From Armatimonadota bacterium (GTDB lineage: Bacteria; Sysuimicrobiota; Sysuimicrobiia; Sysuimicrobiales; Kaftiobacteriaceae): 45,245 nt of DNA. The position numbers were made by a program, and so were the translations under genes. Each line of letters begins with the position of its first letter. Position 1 is the stretch's first letter. Location of the stretch: NCBI GenBank assembly GCA_037440005.1, contig JBBIUY010000013.1, positions 23,409-68,653 on the forward strand. Direction: 5' to 3'. This document shows, piece by piece, positions 7,610 through 17,313 of the stretch. The notes below the pieces were generated by a model. The model had not been told where the DNA came from. It ran no database searches and worked only from the letters and a program-made list of their open reading frames with translations.

Positions 7610-8000
7610 TGCCGATGCGTGCGGAGGTCGGTGGCACCCTCAACCGGCTGCGCGCCATCGGCGGGCACCTCGAGGCGACCGTGCGCCTGGTGGAGGCCGG
7701 GCGCCAGCGCGAGGCCATGGCGCAGCTGCGGGCCGTGCGCGCCGCCGTGGGGCGCGTGACGGCGCAGATCTGTCGGCGGCACGCAGGGGCCGGTGCCTGG
7801 GAGACAGGCCGGCTGCGGCGGCAGCCGAGGATCTCGTGGCGTGGTTGCGCGCTGCCATGGCCGGCGCCCCACGCCGGGAGTCCGGCTGGGTCAGGCGGCT
7901 CCCGGCAATCGCGGCGCGCCATTGCGGCCATGGACGGGGGGCCGGCCCCGCTCGGGCGAGGGGGGACCGGCGGGTGGTCACAGGGAAGAGAACACGGTAG
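7609..8000 (+). pseudogene. CsoR/RcnR-family metal-sensing repressor, apparently frameshifted
   Basis: LNRLRAIGGHLEATVRLVEAG..QLRAVRAAVGRV..ICRRH; the expected continuation CLGDRPAAAAAEDLVAWLR is in another frame from 7794 (stop 7998-8000). Confidence 0.55.
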
Positions 8001-8052
8001 GCTCGGAAATGGGCCATCGTTGTCGACCCCGGACGGAAGCGGTGAGGCGGTG

Positions 8053-8736
8053 ATGACGAAGATCCTGGTGGTTGACGACGAGGAAACGATGGTGCGATCG
8101 CTGTCCACCCTGCTGTCCCGGGAGGGGTACGCGGTGGTCGTGGCCACCGATGGTCCCCGGGCGCTGGAGGCCGTGCGGACCGAGCGACCCGACCTCGTGC
8201 TGCTCGACCTGATGCTCCCGGGGATGGACGGTATTGAGGTGTGTCGGCACATCCGGACCTCGTCGGCGGTGCCCATCATCATGCTGACCGCGAAGACAGC
8301 CGAGGTGGACAAGGTCATCGGTCTGGAGGTCGGCGCGGACGACTACGTCACAAAACCCTTCAGCCCTCGCGAGCTGGTGGCCAGGGTCAAAGCCAACCTC
8401 CGCCGCGTTCAGATGCAGGCGCAGCAGGCGCAGGAGGAGCGGCTGGCCGCGGGAGACGTGGTGATCGACGTGGGACGTCGCCGGGTGACGGTCGCGGGCA
8501 AGGAGGTCACCCTCTCCCCCAAGGAGTTTGATCTGCTCCGGGTCCTGGTCAGCCATCCCGGCCGTGTGCTGGGCCGGGATTTCCTGCTCAATGCCGTCTG
8601 GGGCCCAGAGTTCTTCGGCGATACCCGCACTCTGGACGTGCACATCCGCTGGCTGCGGGAGAAGATCGAAGACAACCCCGCCAAGCCTGTTCGCATCGAA
8701 ACGGTCCACAGGGTGGGCTACCGGTTCCGTGGCTGA
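8053..8736 (+). CDS. OmpR/PhoB-family response regulator (no adjacent kinase)
   Basis: KILVVDDE, LLDLMLPGMDG, MLTAK, GADDYVTKPF, RTLDVHIRWLREKIE, IETVHRVGYRF. Confidence 0.95.
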   Translation: MTKILVVDDEETMVRSLSTLLSREGYAVVVATDGPRALEAVRTERPDLVLLDLMLPGMDGIEVCRHIRTSSAVPIIMLTAKTAEVDKVIGLEVGADDYVTKPFSPRELVARVKANLRRVQMQAQQAQEERLAAGDVVIDVGRRRVTVAGKEVTLSPKEFDLLRVLVSHPGRVLGRDFLLNAVWGPEFFGDTRTLDVHIRWLREKIEDNPAKPVRIETVHRVGYRFRG

Positions 8737-8990
8737 GGAGATACGCCCCCACGGCCTCCCGCGACCACTGGCCGGGGCCAGGTCCAGCACCGCCGTGGCC
8801 GCCGCCGTGACCCCCAAGCCACAGGCTGTTCCGGCGAGCAGGCGCGAGGCGAGGAATCGGGAGAAGCTCATCCCGGCGGTGCGCCCGCAGGTCGGGGCGG
8901 CCCGGGCAGGCCCAAGAGACCGCAGGCCGTCCGGGCGCGCGCGTCCGAAAGCGTGTCGATCTGTCCGGAGCACAGCGTCCATCCGGTGCG
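8737..8990 (-). pseudogene. degraded MFS transporter remnant
   Basis: Two frames give GQIDTLSDARARTACGLLGL (motif A-like) and FLASRLLAGTACGLGVTAAATAVLDLAPASGRGRPWG (TM4/loop-like). Confidence 0.4.
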
Positions 8991-9080
8991 GCTGTGTGAC
9001 CGACCGATGTCTCTTCTGACATGCGCGTGCCTCGCCATCGTGCCGCCGGGGCGCCGGTGTCCTCGGCCGCTGCCCCCGCC

Positions 9081-9110
9081 TTGACACGTCCCCGGCTGTT
9101 CTGGTAGCGT
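9081..9110 (+). promoter_or_regulatory. sigma70 promoter of the riboswitch-cimA transcript
   Basis: TTGACA (9081-9086) - 18 nt - TAGCGT (9105-9110), with an extended -10 TG. Confidence 0.65.
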
Positions 9111-9147
9111 CTGTGGCACGCTCCGCCTGACCGAGTGCGGGCGGGGG

Positions 9148-9262
9148 GAGGAGCGCGCCTAGGGTTCCACGGCTCCCACAAGGGCCGGTCGGTCCGAGCG
9201 GCGCGGGCGGCCGGCAGACGGCCGTCACACCGTCAGGGCAAAAGCCTGAGGGACAGGTCCTC
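9148..9262 (+). ncRNA. ykkC-family riboswitch aptamer, probably ppGpp subtype (2a)
   Basis: CCTAGGGTTCC...GGTCCGAGCGG...ACACCGTCAGGGCAAAAGCCTGAGGGACAGG; closing P0 GAGGA(9148-52)/TCCTC(9258-62); upstream of a branched-chain amino acid biosynthesis gene. Confidence 0.85.
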
Positions 9263-9286
9263 ACGACCAGTCCCTCGGGCTTTTTT
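9244..9286 (+). terminator. riboswitch expression-platform terminator
   Basis: GCCTGAGGGAC (9244-54) pairs with GTCCCTCGGGC (9270-80), followed by TTTTTT; overlaps the aptamer 3' half. Confidence 0.85.
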
Positions 9287-9305
9287 GTCAGGGGGGAAGA
9301 CAGAC

Positions 9306-10900
<1,595 letters not shown>

Positions 10901-10904
<4 letters not shown>

Positions 10905-11335
10905 CCCCCCGCTGCCGTCCACGCCACCACCCCGGTCACCGACACGCGGACCAGCGGGCGGGCCTCCAGGGGGACGTCCCGGTACTGAGGGTAGCGCGAG
11001 CGCAGGGCGGCGATGGCCGCCCCGCGCTCGGCCGGGTCGTCCACCAGGGCGGCCCGCCCGCGCAGCTGCACCCACGCCAGGCGGGCCCAGTCCTCGTCGT
11101 AGCGGTCCACCACCAGGCAGACCTGGGGACGGGCGAGGAGGTTGCGCACCCGCCGCAGGCGCAGGGGTGCCACGCGCTTGGGCTTGGTGTCCACCGGCGT
11201 GTAGACCGCGCCGCCGCAGACCGCAAAGCAGACCGGCACCACGTGGGGATGCCCGGCCGCGTCCACCGTGGCCAGGTGGGCCACCCGCTGGCTGTGCAGG
11301 AACGCCACCACCTCCTCCGAGAGCACGCCGGTCAC
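10901..11335 (-). CDS. PPOX-class, probably F420-dependent oxidoreductase (Rv0121-like)
   Basis: AHLATVDAAGHPHVVPVCFA..YTPVDTKPK..LRRVRNL..PQVCLVVDRYDEDWARLAWV; GGAGG SD before GTG 11335. Confidence 0.85.
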
Positions 11336-11390
11336 CGTTCCACCTCCCGCGTCTTTCTCCCTGGTACAATACTCCCGTCGAGGTGATGCC

Positions 11391-12260
11391 GTGCGGGTGG
11401 GCGTGGTCTTCCCCCAGACCGAGATCGGCACCGACCCGGGCGTGATCCGCGAGTTCGCCCAGGCCGTGGAGCAGATGGGCTACACTCACGTGCTGATCTA
11501 CGACCACGTGGTGGGCGCCCACCCCGACCGCCTGGCCGGTCTGGGATTCCGGCCCCCCTACACGTACCAATCGCCCTTCCACGAGCCGCTGGTCCTGTCC
11601 GGCTACCTGGCGGCCGTCACCCGCACCCTGGAACTGGCGACCGGCATCCTCATCCTCCCCCAGCGGCAGACGGTCCTGGTGGCCAAGCAGGCCGCCGAGG
11701 TGGACGTCCTCAGCGGCGGGCGGCTGCGCCTGGGGGTGGGCCTGGGATGGAACCCGGTGGAGTATGAGGCGCTGGGCCAGTCGTTTGCCGACCGGGGCCG
11801 CCGGATCGCCGAGCAGGTGGCGCTGCTGCGCCGGCTGTGGACCGAAGAGCTGGTGGACTTTGCGGGCCGCTACCACACCGTCCGGGGAGCGGGGCTGAAT
11901 CCCCTGCCGGTGCAGCGGCCGATCCCCATCTGGATGGGCGGCAGCGCCGAGCCCGCCCTCCGCCGCATCGCCCGCCTGGCCGACGGCTGGATCCCCGAGG
12001 TGCGGTCCGAGCAGGACGCCGCCGCCGCCGTCGCCCGCATGCGCGGGTACCTGACGACCGCCGGGCGCGATCCCGGGCGGTTTGGGATCGAAGGGCGCAT
12101 CCGCCTCGCGCGCACCCCGCAGGACTCCTGGCCCCAGGCGGTGCACCTGTGGCGGGATCTCGGCGCCACCCACCTGTCCGTGGACACCATGCGGGCCGGC
12201 CTGACCGGTCCCCAGGCCCACCTGGCCGTCCTGGACGCGTTTCGCCGGATCCTGTCCTGA
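11391..12260 (+). CDS. LLM-class, probably F420-dependent oxidoreductase
   Basis: YDHVVG, FHEPLV, ILPQRQTVLVAKQAAEVDVLSGGRLRLGVGLGWN, IWMGG, ADGW; extended -10 TGGTACAAT at 11362-11370. Confidence 0.9.
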   Translation: MRVGVVFPQTEIGTDPGVIREFAQAVEQMGYTHVLIYDHVVGAHPDRLAGLGFRPPYTYQSPFHEPLVLSGYLAAVTRTLELATGILILPQRQTVLVAKQAAEVDVLSGGRLRLGVGLGWNPVEYEALGQSFADRGRRIAEQVALLRRLWTEELVDFAGRYHTVRGAGLNPLPVQRPIPIWMGGSAEPALRRIARLADGWIPEVRSEQDAAAAVARMRGYLTTAGRDPGRFGIEGRIRLARTPQDSWPQAVHLWRDLGATHLSVDTMRAGLTGPQAHLAVLDAFRRILS

Positions 12261-12313
12261 CCCTCTCACCCGGCAGGAGTCGCCTGCAACCCCGCAGAAC
12301 AAGGTGTTCGTCC

Positions 12314-12334
12314 TGAAACGTCGTTTCGTATTCT
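12314..12334 (+). promoter_or_regulatory. candidate IclR operator abutting the -10 of the catabolic operon
   Basis: TGAAAC-GTC-GTTTCG palindrome (12314-12328) followed by TATTCT. Confidence 0.5.
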
Positions 12335-12373
12335 CCGCACGGGCCGGAGACGCCACAGGTGAGGGGCCACGGG

Positions 12374-13462
12374 ATGGACGACCCGCCGGGATCAGCCGGG
12401 GGCGCTGCCCTCGTCGCACAGACTCCTCCCCTCCTGCAGGTGCTGGATCCGGAGGGGCGCCTGCAGGTCGAGCACCCCCCGCTGTCCGACGAGGAGGTGG
12501 TGCGGGCGCTGCGGGGGATGCTGCTCAGCCGCCGGTTTGACGAGCGGTGCATTGCCCTGCAGCGCCGGGGCCTGATGGTTACCCTCGCGCCGGGCATCGG
12601 TCAGGAGGCGTGCAGCGTCGGCTCGGCCATGGCCCTGGACCCCGCCCGGGACTGGTTCGTTCCCCAGTACCGGGAAGCGGCCGGGATGCTGTGGCACGGG
12701 TTGCCGCTGGTGCAGGCCTTCCTGTGGCACATGGGCAGTCCTCTGGGCTTTATGGTCCCTGCGGGCAAGCGCTTTCTGCCGTTTCAGGCGGCCGTCGCCG
12801 GCCACCTGCCCCATGCCACGGGTCTGGCGTGGGGGCTGCGGCTGCGGGGGGCGGACGCCGTGGTCCTGGCCCACTTCGGCGAGGGGGCGACCTCCCAGGG
12901 CGACTTTCACGAGGCCCTCAACATCGCCGGCGTGGTTCGGGCGCCCGTGGTGTTCTTCTGCCAGAACAACTACTGGGCCATCTCCACCCCGCTGGAGTGG
13001 CAGACGGCGGCCCCGACCATCGCCCAGAAGGCGGTCGCCTACGGATTTCCCGGGATCCGGGTGGACGGCAACGACCTGTTCGCGGTGTACGTGGCCACCC
13101 GGGACGCCGTGGCCCGGGCGCGGGCCGGGGAGGGCCCCACGCTGATCGAGGGCGTGACCTACCGCCTGGGGATCCACACCACCGCCGACGACGCGTCCCG
13201 GTACGAGCCGCTCGAGCTGCGCGAGCGCTGGCAGGACAAAGATCCCCTGCTGCGCCTGCAGCGCTACCTGCAGCGCCGGGGCGTGTGGACGGAGGCCCTG
13301 GCCTCCCGGCTGGAGGACGAGGTCCGCCGGGAGCTGGACGCGGCGTGGGAGGAGGCCCGGCGCGTGCCGCCGCCGCGCCTGGAGGACAGCCTGGAGCGGG
13401 TGTTCGCCGAGATGACCCCGCGCCTGCGGGCCCAGCGGGAGGCGCTTGGGGAGGAGGGGTGA
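12374..13462 (+). CDS. 2-oxoacid dehydrogenase E1 alpha (PDH/BCKDH-like)
   Basis: GQEA, PQYRE, FGEGATSQGDFHEALN..CQNN ThDP motif, YRLGIHTTADD. Confidence 0.93.
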   Translation: MDDPPGSAGGAALVAQTPPLLQVLDPEGRLQVEHPPLSDEEVVRALRGMLLSRRFDERCIALQRRGLMVTLAPGIGQEACSVGSAMALDPARDWFVPQYREAAGMLWHGLPLVQAFLWHMGSPLGFMVPAGKRFLPFQAAVAGHLPHATGLAWGLRLRGADAVVLAHFGEGATSQGDFHEALNIAGVVRAPVVFFCQNNYWAISTPLEWQTAAPTIAQKAVAYGFPGIRVDGNDLFAVYVATRDAVARARAGEGPTLIEGVTYRLGIHTTADDASRYEPLELRERWQDKDPLLRLQRYLQRRGVWTEALASRLEDEVRRELDAAWEEARRVPPPRLEDSLERVFAEMTPRLRAQREALGEEG

Positions 13463-13466
13463 GCCG

Positions 13467-14450
13467 GTGCCGGTGATGACCATCGTGGAGGCCATTCGGG
13501 ACGCCCTCCACTACGAGATGGCCCGGGACGACCGGGTCATCGTCCTGGGCGAGGACGTGGGCACCTCCGGCGGGGTCTTCCGGGCCACCGACGGGCTGTT
13601 CGAGAAGTACGGCCGCGCCCGGGTCGTGGACATGCCCCTCAGCGAGAGCGGGATCATCGGCGTGTCGGTGGGCCTGGCCCTGGCGGGGCTGGTGCCGGTG
13701 GCCGAGATCCAGTTCATGGGCTTCACCCACAACGGCTTCCACCAGATCACCGAGCAGCTGGCGCGGATCCGGTACCGGTCCTGGGGCAGCCTGTCGGCGC
13801 CGGTCACCATCCGCACGCCCTTCGGAGGGGGCGTGCGGGCCCCGGAGATGCACTCGGACGCCTTCGAGGCGCACTTCGTCCACTGCCCCGGCCTGAAGGT
13901 GGTGGCCCCGGCCACTCCCCAGGACGCCCGGGGCCTGTTGCTGTCGGCCATCCGCGATCCGGATCCGGTCCTGTTCCTGGAACCCCTGCGCGGATACCGG
14001 CTGATCCGGGGGGAGGTCACCACCGGGGAGTACCTCGTGCCCCTGGGGAAGGCGCGGGTGGCCGTGCAGGGCACCGACTGCACCGTCGTCGCCTGGAGCG
14101 CCGCCGTGGAGGTGGCTGCCGCCGCCGCCGCCGCGGCCGCCGAGGAGGGCATCTCGGTGGAGGTCATCGACCTGCGCTCGCTGGCGCCGCTGGACACCGA
14201 GACCCTGCGGGCGTCGGTCACCAAGACCGGCCGCGTGGTGGTGGTGCACGAGGCGGCTCAGACCGGCGGGGTGGCGGCCGAGGTGATCGCCACCATTCAG
14301 GAAGACGAGGAGATGTTCTACTCACTCACAGGGCCCATCCGGCGGGTCTGCGGAGCCGACACCCCCTATCCGGTGCAGATGCTGGAGCCGGCGTACCTGA
14401 TTTCTCCCCAGCGGGTGCTGCGGGCCATCCGCGCGGCGGTGCGCGCCTGA
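13467..14450 (+). CDS. 2-oxoacid dehydrogenase E1 beta
   Basis: LGEDVG..GGVFRAT, PLSESGI, EIQFMGF, GGGVRAPEMHS, DPVLFLEP, EVIDLRSL. Confidence 0.93.
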   Translation: MPVMTIVEAIRDALHYEMARDDRVIVLGEDVGTSGGVFRATDGLFEKYGRARVVDMPLSESGIIGVSVGLALAGLVPVAEIQFMGFTHNGFHQITEQLARIRYRSWGSLSAPVTIRTPFGGGVRAPEMHSDAFEAHFVHCPGLKVVAPATPQDARGLLLSAIRDPDPVLFLEPLRGYRLIRGEVTTGEYLVPLGKARVAVQGTDCTVVAWSAAVEVAAAAAAAAAEEGISVEVIDLRSLAPLDTETLRASVTKTGRVVVVHEAAQTGGVAAEVIATIQEDEEMFYSLTGPIRRVCGADTPYPVQMLEPAYLISPQRVLRAIRAAVRA

Positions 14451-14452
14451 CC

Positions 14453-15622
14453 ATGGCCGAGGTCGAGTTTGCCATGCCCGACGTGGGCGAGGGGCTCGCC
14501 GAGGTGGAGCTGGTGCGCTGGCTGGTGGCCGTGGGTGATCACGTCCAGGAGAACCAGCCGATCGCCGAGGTGGAGACCGACAAGGCGGTGGTGGAGATGC
14601 CGGCGCCGGCCACCGGCCGCCTCACCTGGCAGGGCGCGCAGCCCGGCCAGCGCATCCGGGTGGGCCAGGTGTGGGTCCGCCTGGAGGTGGACGCGCCGGC
14701 CGGGCAGTCCCCCGCGGACCGTCCCGCCGCCCCGCCGGAGCAGCCTCCGCCGTCGCCGGCCCGGGTCCAGGCCTCGCCGGCGGCCCGCCGGCTGGCGCAG
14801 GAGCTGGGGGTCGTGCTGGAAGAGGTGCGGGGAACCGGGCCCGGCGGGCGGATCATGGTGGAGGACGTGCAGCGCCACGCCGCCGCCCGCCGACCCGCGC
14901 CGGTCGAAGAGGAGGAGCGGGTCCCCCTGCGGGGGATCCGCCGGCGCATGGCCGACACCATGACCCTGTCGGCGCGCACCATTCCCCACGTGTCGGGGTT
15001 TCACGAGGTGGATGCCGCCGCCCTGGTCGCCGTGCGGGAGCGCCTGCGCCCCCAGGCGGAGGCCGCCGGTGTCCGCCTGACCTATCTGCCCCTGCTGGTG
15101 CGGGCGACGGTCCTGGCGCTGCGGGATCACCCCTATCTCAACGCGTCGCTGGACGAAGACGCCCAGGTCATCGTCCTCAAGAAGGCCTACCACATCGGTA
15201 TCGCGGTGGCGTCTCCCGAGGGCCTGGTGGTGCCCGTGGTTCACCACGCCGACCGCCTGGGCATCTTGGACCTGGCCCGGCGTATCGAGGAGCTGGTGGC
15301 CCGGGCGCGGGCCGGACGTCTGTCCCCCGATCAGGTGCGCGGGGGCACCTTCACCATCACCAACGTGGGCCCCGCCGGCGGCTGGTTCGGCACCTCGCTC
15401 ATCCGCCCCCCCGAGGTGGCCATCCTGGGCGTGGGCCGCATCGAGGAACGGGCGGTGGTGCGCGGTGGCCAGATCGTCGCCCGGCCCATCCTGCCCCTGA
15501 CGCTGACCTTCGACCACCGGGTGCTGGACGGGGAGGCCGCCCTGGCGTTCGTCCGGACCCTGCGGGGCCTGCTGGAGGCTCCCGACGGGCTCGTGGACCC
15601 GGGAGGGACGGACGGGAGGTGA
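14453..15622 (+). CDS. dihydrolipoamide acyltransferase E2
   Basis: Lipoyl domain (MPDVGEG, VETDKA), E3-binding domain (ASPAARRLA, GTGPGGRI), catalytic FDHRVLDG. Confidence 0.95.
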   Translation: MAEVEFAMPDVGEGLAEVELVRWLVAVGDHVQENQPIAEVETDKAVVEMPAPATGRLTWQGAQPGQRIRVGQVWVRLEVDAPAGQSPADRPAAPPEQPPPSPARVQASPAARRLAQELGVVLEEVRGTGPGGRIMVEDVQRHAAARRPAPVEEEERVPLRGIRRRMADTMTLSARTIPHVSGFHEVDAAALVAVRERLRPQAEAAGVRLTYLPLLVRATVLALRDHPYLNASLDEDAQVIVLKKAYHIGIAVASPEGLVVPVVHHADRLGILDLARRIEELVARARAGRLSPDQVRGGTFTITNVGPAGGWFGTSLIRPPEVAILGVGRIEERAVVRGGQIVARPILPLTLTFDHRVLDGEAALAFVRTLRGLLEAPDGLVDPGGTDGR

Positions 15623-15627
15623 GCGCG

Positions 15628-17304
15628 ATGGGCGCAGCGGACGCGACGCCCGGCCGCCGGCGGTGGGAGCAGGAGGTGCTGGAGCCGGCCCTCGCCGCCG
15701 ACCCCGAGCGGGCCCCGGCCTTTGCGACCAGCTCGGGGATTCCCCTGGAGCGGGTGTACGGGCCGGAGGAGCTGGCCGCCGCGGGGTTCGACTACGCATC
15801 CGACCTGGGCTACCCCGGGGCGTTTCCCTACACCCGGGGGATCACGCCCACCATGTACCGCAGCCGGCTGTGGGTGATGGGGCTGTATTCGGGCTACGGG
15901 TCCGCGGAAGAGGCCAACCGGCGGTACCGCCTGCTGCTGACCCAGGGGCAGACCGGCTTCTCCATCGCCCTGGACCTGCCCACCCAGTGCGGCTACGACG
16001 CCGACCACCCCATGGCCCGGGGCGAGGTGGGGCGGGTGGGCGTGCACATCGGGTCGCTGGCGGACATGGAGCGGCTGCTGGACGGCATCGACCTGGAGCA
16101 GGTCCGCCAGATCCGCACCACCGCCAACGCCATCGGGCCCATCATGGTGGCCCTGTACCTGGCGGTGTTCGAGAAGCGCGGCATCGACCCGCGGCGGACC
16201 CGCATGTTCATCCAGAACGACGTGCTCAAAGAATACATCGCCCGGGGCACCTACATCTTCCCCCCCGCGGCCGGCCTGAAACTGTCCGCGGACGTGATCG
16301 AGTACTGCGCCCGGCACCTGCCCACCTGGACTCCGCTGGCCATGAGCGGGTACCACATCCGGGACAGCGGCAGCACCGCCGCCCAGGAGCTGGCGTTCAC
16401 CTTCGCCAACGGCATCGCCTACATCGAGGAGACCCGGCGCCGGGGCCTGCCGGTGGACGCCTTCGCCCCGCAGGTGTGGGCGTTTTTGGCGGCGAGCATC
16501 GACGTGCTGGAGGAGGTGGCCAAGTTCCGGGCCGCCCGGCGGGTGTGGGCCCGTCTGATGCGGGACCGGTTCGGGGCGCAGGATCCCGAGTCGCTGAAGC
16601 TGCGCATTTTCGCCTACACCCTGGGCGGAAATCTGACGGCCCAGCAGCCGCTGAACAACATCGCCCGGGTGGCCCTGGAGACCCTGGCCGCCGCCCTGGG
16701 GGGCGTGCAGACCCTGGCCACGTCGTCCTACGACGAGGCGCTGGCGCTGCCCACCGAGGAGGCGGCCACGGTGGCCCTGCGGACCCAGCAGATCGTGGCC
16801 CACGAGGCGGGGGTGACCGGGACCGTGGACCCCCTGGGCGGGGCGTACGCGGTCGAGGTGCTGACCTGTCGGCTGGAGCAGCAGGTCCGGGACTACCTGC
16901 GCCAGATCGACGCCCTCGGCGGCGCCGTCCGCTGCATCGAGAACGGCTACTACCACCGCGAGCTGGCCGAGGCGGGCTACCGCCACCAGCAGCAGATCGA
17001 GCGGCGGGAGCGGATCGTGGTGGGGGTCAACGCCTACCGGGACGACACCCCCGTGCGCATTCCCCTCTTCCGGGTGGACCCCGCGGTGGAGCAGCGGCAG
17101 ATCGAGCGCCTGCGGCAGCTGCGGGCCGGGCGCGACCCGGCTGCGGTGAGCCGCGCCTTGGACGCCCTCGCCCGGGCCGCTCGGGCGGGGGAGAACGTGA
17201 TCCCCGCCCTGGTGGACGCCGTGCGCGCCTACGCCACCGTGGGGGAGATCTGCGACACCCTGCGGCGGGTGTACGGCGTGTACGCCGGCGCCCGGGTGGT
17301 GTAG
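15628..17304 (+). CDS. adenosylcobalamin-dependent acyl-CoA mutase, large (substrate-binding) subunit, methylmalonyl-CoA mutase family
   Basis: GYPGAFPYTRG, DLPTQCGYD, GEVGRVGV, IQNDVLKEYIARG, SGYHIR, EVAKFRAAR, YDEALALP, DPLGG, ATVGEI; no C-terminal DxHxxG B12 domain. Confidence 0.92.
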   Translation: MGAADATPGRRRWEQEVLEPALAADPERAPAFATSSGIPLERVYGPEELAAAGFDYASDLGYPGAFPYTRGITPTMYRSRLWVMGLYSGYGSAEEANRRYRLLLTQGQTGFSIALDLPTQCGYDADHPMARGEVGRVGVHIGSLADMERLLDGIDLEQVRQIRTTANAIGPIMVALYLAVFEKRGIDPRRTRMFIQNDVLKEYIARGTYIFPPAAGLKLSADVIEYCARHLPTWTPLAMSGYHIRDSGSTAAQELAFTFANGIAYIEETRRRGLPVDAFAPQVWAFLAASIDVLEEVAKFRAARRVWARLMRDRFGAQDPESLKLRIFAYTLGGNLTAQQPLNNIARVALETLAAALGGVQTLATSSYDEALALPTEEAATVALRTQQIVAHEAGVTGTVDPLGGAYAVEVLTCRLEQQVRDYLRQIDALGGAVRCIENGYYHRELAEAGYRHQQQIERRERIVVGVNAYRDDTPVRIPLFRVDPAVEQRQIERLRQLRAGRDPAAVSRALDALARAARAGENVIPALVDAVRAYATVGEICDTLRRVYGVYAGARVV

Positions 17305-17313
17305 GAGGCGCCG

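Noticed and set aside
9148..9262. Guanidine-I riboswitch or T-box assignment for the cimA leader
   Set aside because: The P0 helix and downstream gene do not fit guanidine-I; no T-box GGTGGNACCGCG consensus seen
12297..12309. GAAC-N5-GTTC as a LexA (Cheo) box
   Set aside because: Spacer is 5 nt, not 4, and the operon is not SOS-related
14116..14141. GCC trinucleotide run
   Set aside because: Encodes an in-frame poly-Ala helix in E1 beta; ordinary for high-GC genes
15628..17304. Calling the mutase a standard methylmalonyl-CoA mutase and the carboxylase a propionyl-CoA carboxylase
   Set aside because: Many substrate-pocket substitutions, no epimerase, and an MCC/GCC-type carboxyltransferase in an AtuA context
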